Part shown: positions 50,946 to 61,247 of the stretch, in pieces
Numbering within the stretch: the first letter of the stretch is position 1
Layout: the number at the start of each line of letters is the position of its first letter
Origin: Escherichia coli
GTDB taxonomy: Bacteria > Pseudomonadota > Gammaproteobacteria > Enterobacterales > Enterobacteriaceae
Strand: one strand, 5' to 3'
DNA length: 64,000 nt
NCBI RefSeq assembly: GCF_050920415.1
Contig: NZ_CP169309.1
Notes under the pieces: generated by a model
The model's input: the letters and a program-made list of their open reading frames with translations, nothing else
Databases searched by the model: none
What the model was told of the DNA's origin: nothing
Program-made: the position numbers and the translations under genes

Positions 50946-52571
50946 TTATAAACATACTCCCCCCGTCGCCCGCAGCAATAAATCATTCTGGATCTGCTCT
51001 GACAACCGCACGCCGCCGCGCGTATCAAACATCATCTGACACCACGCCTGCGCCATTGGCGGAGAGGCATATTTCAACATTTGCGCGCCGCAACCCAGCA
51101 GGAATAGCTGACGAGTAATCTCTCGCCCCATTTCTTCAGCTGGCTTACGCAGTTGCTGCTGCAAACGACGAACCGCGCGATCAAAATAGCGATCCTGTCC
51201 TTTCACTTCCACAAATGCTTCTGTCAGCAAATCGTATACCCCAGCCTGCTTATTGAGAACGCGCAGCACATCGAGGCACATAATATTGCCAGAACCTTCC
51301 CAGATGCTGTTCACTGGCATTTCCCGATAAAGTCGCGGTAGTTCGCTCTCTTCGCAATAGCCAATACCGCCCAGCACCTCCATCGCTTCAGCCACAAACG
51401 GAATGCCACGTTTGCAGATAACAAATTTCGCCGCAGGCGTAAATAAGCGCGCCCACAGGGCTTCTTTGGCATCGGCACGCCGATCCCACGCTCGCGCAAG
51501 ACGAAACAGCAACGCTGTTTGCCCTTCAAGTTGGAGCGCCATGCGGCTTAAGACATGACGCATCAAAGGCTGTTGGATCAATGGATTACCAAAAACATGG
51601 CGTTGATGGGCATGATAAATCGCCAGCGAAAATGCACGGCGCATCATGGCATGGCTACCCAGGGCGCAATCAAAACGCGTCATCCCACCCATTTTCAGGA
51701 TCAGACGAACTCCTTCCCCTTCCTGCCCCAACAACCAGCCAATGGCATCCTGAAACTCCACTTCGCAGCTGGCGTTAGAGCGATTACCCAGCTTATCTTT
51801 CAGCCGCTCGAGGCGAATCGCGTTGCGTTGCCCGTCAGGCAAAAAGCGCGGCACAAAAAAGCAGGACAAACCGCCCGTAGTCTGCGCCAGCACCAGATGC
51901 GCATCGCTTTGCGGCACCGAGAAAAACCATTTATGCCCCACCAGCCGATAAGAGCCATCGTCCAGACGCTCTGCGCGGGTAGTGTTGCTCATCACATCGG
52001 AACCGCCCTGCTTTTCCGTCATGCCCATGCCAATCAACAAACCGCGTTTTTGCCCACCTGGCAATAAGTGGGAATCGTAGCGATCGCTCAACAGCGGCGT
52101 GGTCCAGTCCTGAAACGGCGCGGGTAACATCTGTAACAGCAATGGCGTGGCGGCAAAGGTCATGGTTATCGGACATAACGACCCTGCCTCAACCTGTGCG
52201 TGCAACATAAAACGCGCCGCGCGCGCCACAAATGCGCCGGAGCGAGCGTCTTCTTCCCAGGCAAGATTGTGCACCCGATTGGTACATAGCGCCTGCATCA
52301 GCAAGTGCCAGGCGGGGTGAAAACGCACATCGTCCAGACGGCGTCCTTGCGCATCGTAGCGCAATAATTCAGGCGGATTCACATTCGCCAGCCGCCCCAG
52401 TTCAAGAGATTCAGCCGTTCCTAACTGCTGACCAATACTGGCGAGAAAATCGCTATCCCAGCCAGCACCTTCACGCGTTACCGCTTCGCAGAGCGCGCCA
52501 TCAGACAGGTATAAGTTGCTGTTATTTAATGGTATAGGTTGATTAAAAACGGTGTGAGTTTGCCAGTGCAC
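50946..52571 (-). CDS. aidB: Acyl-CoA-dehydrogenase-like adaptive-response protein AidB
   Basis: ACAD-fold ORF; start taken at GTG 52569-52571 (..HWQTHTVFNQPIPLNN.., 541 aa) to match the length I remember; an in-frame ATG at 52584-52586 would add 5 residues. Confidence 0.9.
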   Translation of the reverse strand: MHWQTHTVFNQPIPLNNSNLYLSDGALCEAVTREGAGWDSDFLASIGQQLGTAESLELGRLANVNPPELLRYDAQGRRLDDVRFHPAWHLLMQALCTNRVHNLAWEEDARSGAFVARAARFMLHAQVEAGSLCPITMTFAATPLLLQMLPAPFQDWTTPLLSDRYDSHLLPGGQKRGLLIGMGMTEKQGGSDVMSNTTRAERLDDGSYRLVGHKWFFSVPQSDAHLVLAQTTGGLSCFFVPRFLPDGQRNAIRLERLKDKLGNRSNASCEVEFQDAIGWLLGQEGEGVRLILKMGGMTRFDCALGSHAMMRRAFSLAIYHAHQRHVFGNPLIQQPLMRHVLSRMALQLEGQTALLFRLARAWDRRADAKEALWARLFTPAAKFVICKRGIPFVAEAMEVLGGIGYCEESELPRLYREMPVNSIWEGSGNIMCLDVLRVLNKQAGVYDLLTEAFVEVKGQDRYFDRAVRRLQQQLRKPAEEMGREITRQLFLLGCGAQMLKYASPPMAQAWCQMMFDTRGGVRLSEQIQNDLLLRATGGVCL

Positions 52572-52654
52572 TGTGTCTCCCTCCATCAATGGCAGTCACC
52601 CTTAGTATGGTCACTGCCATGGATTCCTGACAGAAAGAGATTGCTAAAACATTC

Positions 52655-53818
52655 TTACCCAGCAATGTAATGCGGAACGAAACGTGAGGTGTCTTTGGTG
52701 ATCAGCGTGTTATCTTCACGGATTCCCATTCCGCACGCTTCATCATCGACAATCCAGCTACCGATGAGTGTGTAGCTATCGCCAAATCGCGGCAGAGGTT
52801 GAAACGCCTGATAGATCATCGGTTCATCGGCGTAATCACCCTCAGCGTGGTCAACGACGTTATTCTGACCGTCGAAAATGGTGACGTTTCCGCCTTCGCG
52901 TGAGTAGATCGGTTTACGCACATAGCTTTCGCCAGCGGCAATCTGCGGTTTTTCGCCATCAAACCAGGATGCAAGTAGGTTAGGATGACCAGGAAAGAAG
53001 CGCCAAAGCAGCGGCATTAACCCTTTGTTGCTCAAGATACTTTTCCATAACGGCTCCACCCATTGCTCGCGGCGCTTGCGCAGCAGAGGACCGTTATCGT
53101 CACGCATCATCCATTCCAGCGGATACAGCTTAAATGCACGCTGGATGACATTATCATCAAGATCGGTCAGTACACCGCCGACGCCCAAACCGAGATCTTC
53201 AATGTAGATAAACCGTGACTCCTGCCCAGCCTGCTGAGCGCAGTCCTGCAAGTACAGCACAGTACTCCTGTCTTCGTCGGTATCCTGACAACAGCAGAAA
53301 TAAAACGGTTCCCGACTGTAAAGCTCGCTAAAACGCGAAATCAGGCGTTCCTGAATGGCATTGTACTGATCGGCATCACGCGGAATAATGCCGCTACGCC
53401 GCGCATCTTCCAGCCACAGCCACTGGAAATAAGCCGATTCATACAACGAGGTTGGCGTATCGGCGTTGTACTCCAGCAGCTTCACCGGCGCATTGCCACA
53501 CCAGGCAAAATCCATCCGACCATACAGCGAAGGATCGCGTGCGCGCCAGCTTTCAGCGATCACATCCCAGTACAGCGGGGGGATCGCCAGTTGCGTCAGG
53601 ATTTCTTCGTCTTGAACCGCACGATCCACCACCTCAAGGCACATCTGATGCAGTTCCGCAGTTGGTTTTTCGATCTGCTCTTCTATCTGACGCAGAGTAA
53701 AGCGGTAAGCCCGACTCTCATCCCAATAGATTTCATTGTCGATGATATGAAAGTCGAAACCGTTGTCGGCGGCGATCTGGTCCAGATCCCGTCGTACAGG
53801 AACGTTGTGTCTCAGCAT
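52655..53818 (-). CDS. yjfC: Glutathionylspermidine-synthase-like ATP-grasp protein YjfC
   Basis: 387 aa ORF MLRHNVPVRRDLDQIAADNGFDFHIIDNEIYWDES...; last gene of the yjfI-yjfC cluster. Confidence 0.92.
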   Translation of the reverse strand: MLRHNVPVRRDLDQIAADNGFDFHIIDNEIYWDESRAYRFTLRQIEEQIEKPTAELHQMCLEVVDRAVQDEEILTQLAIPPLYWDVIAESWRARDPSLYGRMDFAWCGNAPVKLLEYNADTPTSLYESAYFQWLWLEDARRSGIIPRDADQYNAIQERLISRFSELYSREPFYFCCCQDTDEDRSTVLYLQDCAQQAGQESRFIYIEDLGLGVGGVLTDLDDNVIQRAFKLYPLEWMMRDDNGPLLRKRREQWVEPLWKSILSNKGLMPLLWRFFPGHPNLLASWFDGEKPQIAAGESYVRKPIYSREGGNVTIFDGQNNVVDHAEGDYADEPMIYQAFQPLPRFGDSYTLIGSWIVDDEACGMGIREDNTLITKDTSRFVPHYIAG

Positions 53819-53820
53819 GA

Positions 53821-54459
53821 TTAGCCTCCCCAGTGCCCACGGGCGCTGGAAGAACGACCATAGCCGCCGCGAGAAACAGTTGACGCTTTTCTGGTGGTAA
53901 AGCCGCCCGAGGAGTAAGACTCTTTTTTGCCAGAACCGGAGCGCCAGGAGTAATCACCGGAAGTATTGCGCCAGACGGGGCGGGAAGCAAATGAGGATCC
54001 ACCGCTGTTATAAACGAACGGCTCATCGCGATCTTTACGAATAACCCGGCTTAATAAAAATCCAGAAATGACCGGGATCCAACTCTGTTCAACATTGTCG
54101 TAGTAGCAATTTTCGTACTTAGACTGACAATTCTGCTGAGTCATATTCTTCGGAACATCGGCATAAAATGCCGCTTTGGCATTGTTCCAGCCATGAGCAC
54201 AGATATCTGAATTATTACCGTCATCAATACAATCCTGCACTGTCGAGTAAAACGTTCCGTCACCGTCGTTATCGACATCACCACTATCGCCACAACCTTT
54301 CAATACAAAAAAAGCTGCACCGCCCATTAGCGCCAACGTTAAGTATTTTTGTGCGTAGCGATTGCGTCGCGGCTCAAAAGGATTATTAGGTCTTCCAATG
54401 CGACTGATCGCTCCGTGACCAATTTTACTGTTATTTCTTGATTTGCGTTTTCTGGCCAT
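53821..54459 (-). CDS. yjfM: DUF1190 protein YjfM
   Basis: 212 aa ORF with basic N-terminus MARKRKSRNNSK..., one TM segment and a Gly/Ser/Tyr-rich tail. Confidence 0.9.
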   Translation of the reverse strand: MARKRKSRNNSKIGHGAISRIGRPNNPFEPRRNRYAQKYLTLALMGGAAFFVLKGCGDSGDVDNDGDGTFYSTVQDCIDDGNNSDICAHGWNNAKAAFYADVPKNMTQQNCQSKYENCYYDNVEQSWIPVISGFLLSRVIRKDRDEPFVYNSGGSSFASRPVWRNTSGDYSWRSGSGKKESYSSGGFTTRKASTVSRGGYGRSSSARGHWGG

Positions 54460-54468
54460 GATCGTCCA

Positions 54469-54867
54469 TTACCATGTCATACAAGCTGCGTTAAAAATAC
54501 CGCCAGCCAGCGCGGCGGTTCCCATAAACATTCCTGCTGCGGTATTGTGATTAATAATTTTTTCGCTTAATGCTGGCATATAAAGTCTGACGCCAGCAAA
54601 AACGAGTAACTGAATCACCAGTGCGATCCCGCCCCAGGCAAAATAATCCGGAATACTCACCGCATTGATTGCCGCACTAGATAATGGGATCACGTAACCC
54701 AACAATGTACCACTGAACGCCAGTGCCGCCGCGGTATTATTGTTTTTAATTAACTGCCATTCGTTGTGCGGTGTAATTTTGGAGTAGATAAACAGAAAAA
54801 TAATCACCATAGCCACGCCAATAAAAAAATAGGCGCTAAAGGCAAGAAGTGAATCCAGTATATGCAT
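54469..54867 (-). CDS. yjfL: DUF350 inner-membrane protein YjfL
   Basis: 132 aa hydrophobic ORF with about four TM helices. Confidence 0.9.
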   Translation of the reverse strand: MHILDSLLAFSAYFFIGVAMVIIFLFIYSKITPHNEWQLIKNNNTAAALAFSGTLLGYVIPLSSAAINAVSIPDYFAWGGIALVIQLLVFAGVRLYMPALSEKIINHNTAAGMFMGTAALAGGIFNAACMTW

Positions 54868-54884
54868 CGTAAACGTCCTTGTAA

Positions 54885-55544
54885 TTAACCAATAATATGA
54901 AGTGATGTCAGTGGGATATCAACACCCAGTGCGCGCGAAAATAACCACTCCGGCTCGCCGAGATCGTTAAAAGATTCCTCACCATTTAACAGCAAATATT
55001 CACAGGTATCTTCGGTCACCTGCCGTTCATAGCCCATGGTAAAATTATGCACTTCCCATTTGGCGTGGTTTTGATTTTCAACTTTTTCCAGCATATAGAC
55101 GGGTTCGATATTCCCCGGTTCTTCGCTGTTAAAAAATCGCTGCCAGCGTTTTTCCTGCCAGTTTAATGTCATTGCCCCCATCGCTTTGGCGTTGATCGCT
55201 TCGCGCCAGTGGCTCTCTTTGCTGATACCGTAGCTCTCTTCATAGACAAAGAGCTTTATATCATCAATGTCATCAATATCTTCGCCGCCGGTGGTATTGA
55301 TTTGCAGAAATTCATCGCCCGAAGTGTAGTAGCGGAAAATCTGACTACCGCCGCCCAGATCGATGTGGCTGACAGCGGCTACCGTAAATTCTTCACCCGG
55401 CAGCGCAATCAGCAATTCATCTTCCAGCAAACGAAACGCTAACGTGTCGAGCGTAAAGCCGCTATTGAGATGAAGTCCCAGCGGGCCACGTGCGGTTACA
55501 GGTTTATCATCCTTACCAAACAGACGCTTGAAAAAACTTGTCAT
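54885..55544 (-). CDS. yjfK: DUF2491 protein YjfK
   Basis: 219 aa ORF MTSFFKRLFGKDDKPVTARGPLGLHLNSG...; start overlaps the stop of the upstream channel-like gene (ATGA). Confidence 0.9.
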   Translation of the reverse strand: MTSFFKRLFGKDDKPVTARGPLGLHLNSGFTLDTLAFRLLEDELLIALPGEEFTVAAVSHIDLGGGSQIFRYYTSGDEFLQINTTGGEDIDDIDDIKLFVYEESYGISKESHWREAINAKAMGAMTLNWQEKRWQRFFNSEEPGNIEPVYMLEKVENQNHAKWEVHNFTMGYERQVTEDTCEYLLLNGEESFNDLGEPEWLFSRALGVDIPLTSLHIIG

Positions 55545-56611
55545 ATGCTTCCCTCAATGTCCTGCCATACCACTTCTTCAGCCAAAATACGGTTATTGCC
55601 AATAAGATGCAGCCACATACCGCCTTTAACTTCCGTTGCAATGACTGGATTCAGTTCCATTCCCCTACCATTTTTACAACTGCTTATTCCCAGGACGGTG
55701 GCATCATGATGAAGTTTCATATAATGCATCAATGCGCCATAACGCATCGAGGTAACCCGTTCAGGAATCGGTAAAACAAACCCCGTATCCCCCAGCATTG
55801 GATTCATAATCGATGCCACTGATTGAGATGAACCGGGATCTTGTATTGAACGGGAAAGTTGTTCTGCTGAAATATTTCGCACTATTTCAATACGTTGACA
55901 ATGAACCTCTAATAAACGAGCGTAGCGTTCATCTTCCAGATAAGCGACGATATGGCATCTTTCAGGAATAAAATCCGCCAGGGATAGTGCGGTCGTGAAC
56001 GTCTGCTCATCTGTTTGCGAAAAGATGATGACACTTTGGCAATTTGCCAGTCCCATGCGGGTATGTTCATGCGGATCATTAAAATTACTAATACGAATGA
56101 AATCGACCCAATTATTTCCAGGCATCGGATGTTGAATATCATCCCGCTCACACAAAAGTACCCGGCCAAATGCTCTTCGGGAATCAAACAACAATAATGA
56201 AATCATCTTTTCAGTCTGATGCCCGCGCCATCCAATGACCAGCATATGGTTGCGCAAATTGCTGTAGTCGCCCATTCCCGTCATTCCTTTCGCCAATATG
56301 TCTTGCACTAATGCAATGACTTTTCCCATTAAAGCGCCAAATAAACCAACACTCACAGGAATCTGCCAGAGCGCTGTGAACAGACGTCCCCCAACCGTTT
56401 GGGGTGTGATATCACCAAACCCCAGCGTTGATCCCACAACCGAGCAGTAATAAATAAAATTACTCAGTTGACCTACCAACGCCTCTTCATGCAACGCAGT
56501 TAACACCAGATAACAAAACAGATACTGTCCTGTAAATAATCCAGTCAATGCCGGCCAGGTAAGCCTGGAAAGGTGACGTCGGCAGGTTTTAATGATCCAG
56601 GAGAAGAACAT
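55541..56611 (-). CDS. Two-TM potassium-channel-like protein with C-terminal RCK/TrkA-N-like domain
   Basis: 356 aa ORF: TM1 (LTGLFTGQYLFCYLVLTAL), pore helix with selectivity-filter-like TLGFGD, TM2 (LFTALWQIPVSVGLFGALMG), then an RCK-type segment starting HMLVIGWRGHQTEK. Start ATG shares its A with the yjfJ TAA stop; stop overlaps the yjfK ATG. Confidence 0.8.
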   Translation of the reverse strand: MFFSWIIKTCRRHLSRLTWPALTGLFTGQYLFCYLVLTALHEEALVGQLSNFIYYCSVVGSTLGFGDITPQTVGGRLFTALWQIPVSVGLFGALMGKVIALVQDILAKGMTGMGDYSNLRNHMLVIGWRGHQTEKMISLLLFDSRRAFGRVLLCERDDIQHPMPGNNWVDFIRISNFNDPHEHTRMGLANCQSVIIFSQTDEQTFTTALSLADFIPERCHIVAYLEDERYARLLEVHCQRIEIVRNISAEQLSRSIQDPGSSQSVASIMNPMLGDTGFVLPIPERVTSMRYGALMHYMKLHHDATVLGISSCKNGRGMELNPVIATEVKGGMWLHLIGNNRILAEEVVWQDIEGSI

Positions 56612-57309
56612 TACTCGCCCTGTTGGCGTTGCAGTCTTGCTAATACATCCTGGGCGCTACTTTTGTTGCTACCGCCAATTCCGGCTTCCGCCAGTTTTTC
56701 ATCAAGATCGCGACCATCTGCCACTTTTTCCAGCTGTGCGGCAGCATCCAGGCGAGCTTGACGTTCGGCCTGACGCGTTTGCAGACGCTTTAAGGATTCT
56801 GCCGCTGTCGAAACGCTGGAAGATGCGCCAACAGTAGAGGTCGTTACGGCCTGTTGTGCACGCTGCATGGCTTCAGTAGCTTTAACGACTTCCATTTGTT
56901 GCTCAAATTGAGCGATACGCTGTGCTGTCGCTGTAACCGCTTTTTCCACACCATCGCGAGAGACCTCCAGATTCGACAACACTTGCTCTTCAGCGGTAAT
57001 GAGATTCTCAAGACGGGCGATTTCTTCAGCAACTTCGTTAATCAACGACGGATTAACATTCTTGCTTAACGCTTCCAGCGCGCGAGCTTCCAGACTGGCT
57101 TTACGCTCACGTAAATCTTTCAGTTTATCGTTGCTCAATTTCACTCTTGCCAGTAGATCGACACGTGATTTACCGGCCTTATCCAGTTCTGCTTTGGCAT
57201 CGCGTATATGCTGTTCAAGCATTCTAACGCCCTGTGCTTCTTCAATGGATTCTTCCGCTTGCGAGATCACCGATTTACCCAGCGTAAATAAAGTTTTTAA
57301 AATTCCCAT
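56611..57309 (-). CDS. yjfJ: PspA/IM30 (ESCRT-III-like) family protein YjfJ
   Basis: 232 aa predicted coiled-coil ORF MGILKTLFTLGKSVISQAEESIEEAQGVRMLEQHIRDAKAELDKA... Confidence 0.92.
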   Translation of the reverse strand: MGILKTLFTLGKSVISQAEESIEEAQGVRMLEQHIRDAKAELDKAGKSRVDLLARVKLSNDKLKDLRERKASLEARALEALSKNVNPSLINEVAEEIARLENLITAEEQVLSNLEVSRDGVEKAVTATAQRIAQFEQQMEVVKATEAMQRAQQAVTTSTVGASSSVSTAAESLKRLQTRQAERQARLDAAAQLEKVADGRDLDEKLAEAGIGGSNKSSAQDVLARLQRQQGE

Positions 57310-57327
57310 AAATACCTGTCCTTGTAA

Positions 57328-57729
57328 TTAGTGTGAATATTCTTCTGTAATTTCAGCAAGATCCAAAGCGTTATCTACCAGCGTGGTTATTTCCAGCAGG
57401 ATATCTTCAAGAGAAGATTTAAGCGATAACGCCCCGAAAACAATGTAATACTCTTCCTCTTGCACGCTGGAGATCCCTACCGATGACAACGGCATCATCT
57501 TCTGATTTCTTAATAAGAAGGTATTAAATTCATCTGGATTGCTGATACTACTTACCGGACAAATAAAGGTTTCGATAATCATTTGGCGGGAAGTAAAAAG
57601 AATATTGATTTGCAAATCGCCATAATCATTCATTTTAATAATTAATGCGTTTTCATTATTTGTTATATCAATATTTTGTTCAGGTACAGTTTGCAGCGCC
57701 GTCGCCAGCGCCAACGGATTCCATGTCAT
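57328..57729 (-). CDS. yjfI: DUF2170 protein YjfI
   Basis: 133 aa ORF MTWNPLALATALQTVPEQNIDITNNENALIIKMNDYG...; first gene of the cluster. Confidence 0.9.
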   Translation of the reverse strand: MTWNPLALATALQTVPEQNIDITNNENALIIKMNDYGDLQINILFTSRQMIIETFICPVSSISNPDEFNTFLLRNQKMMPLSSVGISSVQEEEYYIVFGALSLKSSLEDILLEITTLVDNALDLAEITEEYSH

Positions 57730-57807
57730 ATATTATTCCATATAAATTAAGTTTAAATATTAATAAAATGAATATTTGTAGTACGTAATTATCTTACCAG
57801 CTATAGA

Positions 57808-57840
57808 CAAAAAAAAACCATCCAAATATGGATGGTTTTT
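57808..57840. terminator. Bidirectional hairpin terminator after rlmB
   Basis: AACCATCCA-AATA-TGGATGGTT perfect stem flanked by A9 upstream and T5 downstream; a T-run follows on the minus strand after the rlmB stop. Confidence 0.85.
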
Positions 57841-57855
57841 CATAATTCAGAGAAA

Positions 57856-58587
57856 TTAGCTACGCTGGCGTACCGCTTCAAATAAGCAAATGCCTGTCGC
57901 CACAGAAACGTTCAGCGAAGAAACACTTCCTGCCATTGGGATGCTGATCAACTCATCGCAATGTTCACGGGTCAGGCGACGCATGCCTTCACCTTCTGCG
58001 CCCATCACCAGTGCCAGCCGTCCGGTCATTTTGCTCTGATAGAGCGTATGATCCGCCTCTCCTGCCGTACCGACGATCCAAATATTCTCTTCCTGCAACA
58101 TACGCATGGTGCGCGCCAGGTTAGTCACCCGAATCAGCGGAACGCTTTCTGCCGCGCCGCAGGCCACTTTTTTCGCCGTGGCGTTGAGCTGTGCGGAGCG
58201 ATCTTTCGGCACAATCACCGCATGAACGCCAGCGGCGTCCGCGCTGCGCAGGCACGCGCCGAGGTTGTGCGGATCGGTCACACCGTCGAGGATCAGCAGG
58301 AACGGTTGATCGAGCGAAGCGATCAGATCCGGCAGATCGTTTTCCTGATACTGACGTCCTGGCTTCACACGGGCGATAATGCCCTGATGCACGGCACCGT
58401 CGCTTTTCTCGTCGAGATATTGGCGGTTTGCCAGCTGGATAACCACGCCCTGGGACTCAAGGGCGTGAATCAGCGGCAACAGACGTTTATCTTCACGGCC
58501 TTTTAAAATAAAGACTTCCTGAAAACGTTCAGGGGCGCGCTCCAGCAGGGCCTGCACTGCGTGGATGCCGTAAATCATTTCACTCAT
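57856..58587 (-). CDS. rlmB: 23S rRNA (guanosine-2'-O)-methyltransferase (SpoU/TrmH family)
   Basis: 243 aa [36 protein letters not shown]...; downstream of rnr. Confidence 0.95.
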
Positions 58588-58609
58588 TAATGTACTCGTT
58601 GTTTACGTT

Positions 58610-58712
58610 TTGCCTGATGCGCTACGCTTATCAGGCCTACATGATCCCTGCAATGTATTGAATTTGCGTGATTATGTAGGCCGGATAAGGCGTTCACGCC
58701 GCATCCGGCATG
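58610..58712. repeat. REP/BIME cluster
   Basis: GCCTGATGCGCTACGCTTATCAGGCCTAC ... GTAGGCCGGATAAGGCGTTCACGCCGCATCCGGCA units between rnr and rlmB. Confidence 0.85.
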
Positions 58713-58767
58713 AACAAAGCGCATTTTGTCAGCAATCTGACCCTCTTCTGTTTGAAGGGGGTAATGA

Positions 58768-61209
58768 TCACTCTGCCACTTTTTTCTTCGCCGCACGCTT
58801 CGCTTTAGTTGCAGCGGCTATTTTCTGCGTTTTCGCCGATGGCTTTTTCGCTTTTCTCGCGTCTTTCTTCGCCGCTTTCGGCTTCGGTTTTTTCTCGCCA
58901 CGGAAGGCGCTGTCTGGCTCAAAGTTTACCTTTTTACCGACCTGGCGACGCTTGCCACCTTTTTTACCTGCATCGCCTTTTTTCGCTTTCTCGCGCGCGG
59001 TTTTACCGACGTTGCGCGGTGCGCGTTCGCTGGAGATCAGGCTAAAGTCGATTTTGCGCTCGTCCATATTAACCGCTTCGACGCGCACTTCCACGCGATC
59101 GCCCAGGCGATAAGTCTGGCCGCTGGATTCACCCATCAGGCGTTGTCCTACCTGGTCAAAGCGATAGTAGTCATTGTCCAGAGAAGAGACATGGACCAGA
59201 CCATCGATGAACAAGTCATCCAGGCGAACAAAGAAGCCAAAACCAGTGACGCTGGAAATCACGCCTTTAAAGACGTTACCTACCTGGTCGAGCATGAAGT
59301 CACACTTCAGCCAGTCAGCCACATCGCGCGTTGCTTCGTCGGCACGACGTTCCGCCATCGAACAGTGCTGACCCAGTTGCAGCATTTCTTCCATCGAATA
59401 ATGGTAGCCGCCGGTTTCAGTGGTGTTGCCCTGATGCCCCTGCTCTTTCGCCAGCAGATACTTAATGGCGCGGTGTAGCGTCAGATCAGGATAACGACGA
59501 ATCGGCGAAGTAAAGTGCGCATAGGACTGCAATGCCAGACCGAAGTGACCGCGGTTTTCCGGATCGTAAATCGCTTGTTTCATCGAGCGCAACAGCATGG
59601 TTTGCAGCATTTCTGCGTCAGGACGGTCAGCAACCGATTCCAGCAGTTCCGCGTAGTCACGCGGTTCCGGCTTGTTACCGCCAGGCAATTCCAGCCCCAG
59701 TTCCGCCAGCACTGAACGGAAAGAGGTTATCGCTTCAGTGCTCGGCTTGTCGTGAATACGGAACAGTGCCGGTTCTTTGGCCTTCTCAACGAAACGCGCC
59801 GCCGAGATATTCGCCAGAATCATGCACTCTTCAATTAACTTGTGTGCGTCGTTACGCTGGGTCTGTTCGATACGCTCAATACGGCGTTCAGCGTTGAAAA
59901 TGAACTTCGCTTCTTCGCTCTCAAACGAGATCCCGCCGCGTTCTTCACGGGCTTTATCCAGCACTTTATAGAGGTTATGCAGCTCTTCGAGGTGCTTAAC
60001 CAGCGGGGAGTACTGCTCGCGCAGATCCTGATCGCCCTGCAGAATATGCCAGACTTTGGTGTAGGTCAGACGCGCGTGAGAGCTCATCACCGCTTCATAG
60101 AATTTGTAGCCCGTCAGGCGACCTTTCGACGAAATGGTCATCTCACACACCATACACAGGCGGTCTACCTGCGGGTTGAGCGAGCACAGGCCGTTAGAGA
60201 GCACTTCCGGCAGCATCGGGATAACCTGCGAAGGGAAGTACACCGACGTGCCACGGTTACGCGCTTCCCTGTCCAGCGGCGTTGGCGGACGCACATAGTA
60301 GCTGACGTCGGCAATCGCGACCCATAAACGCCAGCCGCCGCCGCGTTTTTTCTCGCAGTAAACTGCATCGTCAAAGTCACGGGCGTCTTCGCCATCAATG
60401 GTGACCAGCGGTAAATCGCGCAGATCGACACGGCCAGCTTTCGCCTCTTCCGGCACTTCTTCTTTCAGCCCGGCAACCTGTTGCTCAACAGCCTGCGGCC
60501 AGATGTACGGAATTTCATGGGTACGCAGGGCGATATCAACCGCCATGCCGGTGCCCATATTATCGCCCAGCACTTCGACGATTTTACCCACTGCTTTGGT
60601 ACGGCGAGTCGGGCGTTGGGTCAGTTCAACCACCACCACAAAGCCCATCCGCGCGCCCATGATCTGATCGGGCGGGATTAAGATATCGAAGCTCAAACGA
60701 CTGTCGTCAGGAACCACAAAGCCGACACCCGCTTCGGTAAAGTAGCGACCAACAATCTGGCTGGTTTTTGGCACCAGTACGCGGACAATACGCGCTTCAC
60801 GGCGGCCTTTACGGTCAGCGCCCAGCGGCTGCGCCAGCACCTGATCGCCATGAATGCATGTTTTCATCTGCTCGCTGGAGAGATACAAATCATCTTTACG
60901 TCCTTCAACCCGCAGAAAGCCGTAGCCATCACGGTGGCCAATAACGGTACCTTTCACCAGGTCGAGGCGTTCCGGCAGCGCATAGCACTGACGGCGAGTA
61001 AAGACCAGTTGACCATCGCGCTCCATCGCGCGCAGGCGGCGACGCAGGCCTTCAAGCTGCTCTTCGCCTTCAATGTGCAGTTCTACCGCCAGCTCATCAC
61101 GGCTGGCCGGTTTTTCACGTTTGGTTAAATGTTCGAGGATAAATTCCCGACTAGGGATGGGATTCGCGTATTTTTCAGCTTCGCGTTCCTGGAAAGGATC
61201 TTGTGACAT
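58768..61209 (-). CDS. rnr: Ribonuclease R
   Basis: ORF track starts at 61251; ATG 61207-61209 gives [20 protein letters not shown]... (813 aa) with RNB and S1 domains and a Lys-rich C-terminal tail. Confidence 0.95.
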   Translation of the reverse strand: MSQDPFQEREAEKYANPIPSREFILEHLTKREKPASRDELAVELHIEGEEQLEGLRRRLRAMERDGQLVFTRRQCYALPERLDLVKGTVIGHRDGYGFLRVEGRKDDLYLSSEQMKTCIHGDQVLAQPLGADRKGRREARIVRVLVPKTSQIVGRYFTEAGVGFVVPDDSRLSFDILIPPDQIMGARMGFVVVVELTQRPTRRTKAVGKIVEVLGDNMGTGMAVDIALRTHEIPYIWPQAVEQQVAGLKEEVPEEAKAGRVDLRDLPLVTIDGEDARDFDDAVYCEKKRGGGWRLWVAIADVSYYVRPPTPLDREARNRGTSVYFPSQVIPMLPEVLSNGLCSLNPQVDRLCMVCEMTISSKGRLTGYKFYEAVMSSHARLTYTKVWHILQGDQDLREQYSPLVKHLEELHNLYKVLDKAREERGGISFESEEAKFIFNAERRIERIEQTQRNDAHKLIEECMILANISAARFVEKAKEPALFRIHDKPSTEAITSFRSVLAELGLELPGGNKPEPRDYAELLESVADRPDAEMLQTMLLRSMKQAIYDPENRGHFGLALQSYAHFTSPIRRYPDLTLHRAIKYLLAKEQGHQGNTTETGGYHYSMEEMLQLGQHCSMAERRADEATRDVADWLKCDFMLDQVGNVFKGVISSVTGFGFFVRLDDLFIDGLVHVSSLDNDYYRFDQVGQRLMGESSGQTYRLGDRVEVRVEAVNMDERKIDFSLISSERAPRNVGKTAREKAKKGDAGKKGGKRRQVGKKVNFEPDSAFRGEKKPKPKAAKKDARKAKKPSAKTQKIAAATKAKRAAKKKVAE

Positions 61210-61247
61210 CTCGGTTCCTCCGTTGTCATCTCTGATGAAGATTTTCG

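Noticed and set aside
58610-60327. Plus-strand ORFs overlapping rnr (58610..59113, 59842..60327 and others)
   Set aside because: They are antisense or alternative-frame to the 813 aa RNase R gene, and the first one overlaps the REP cluster.
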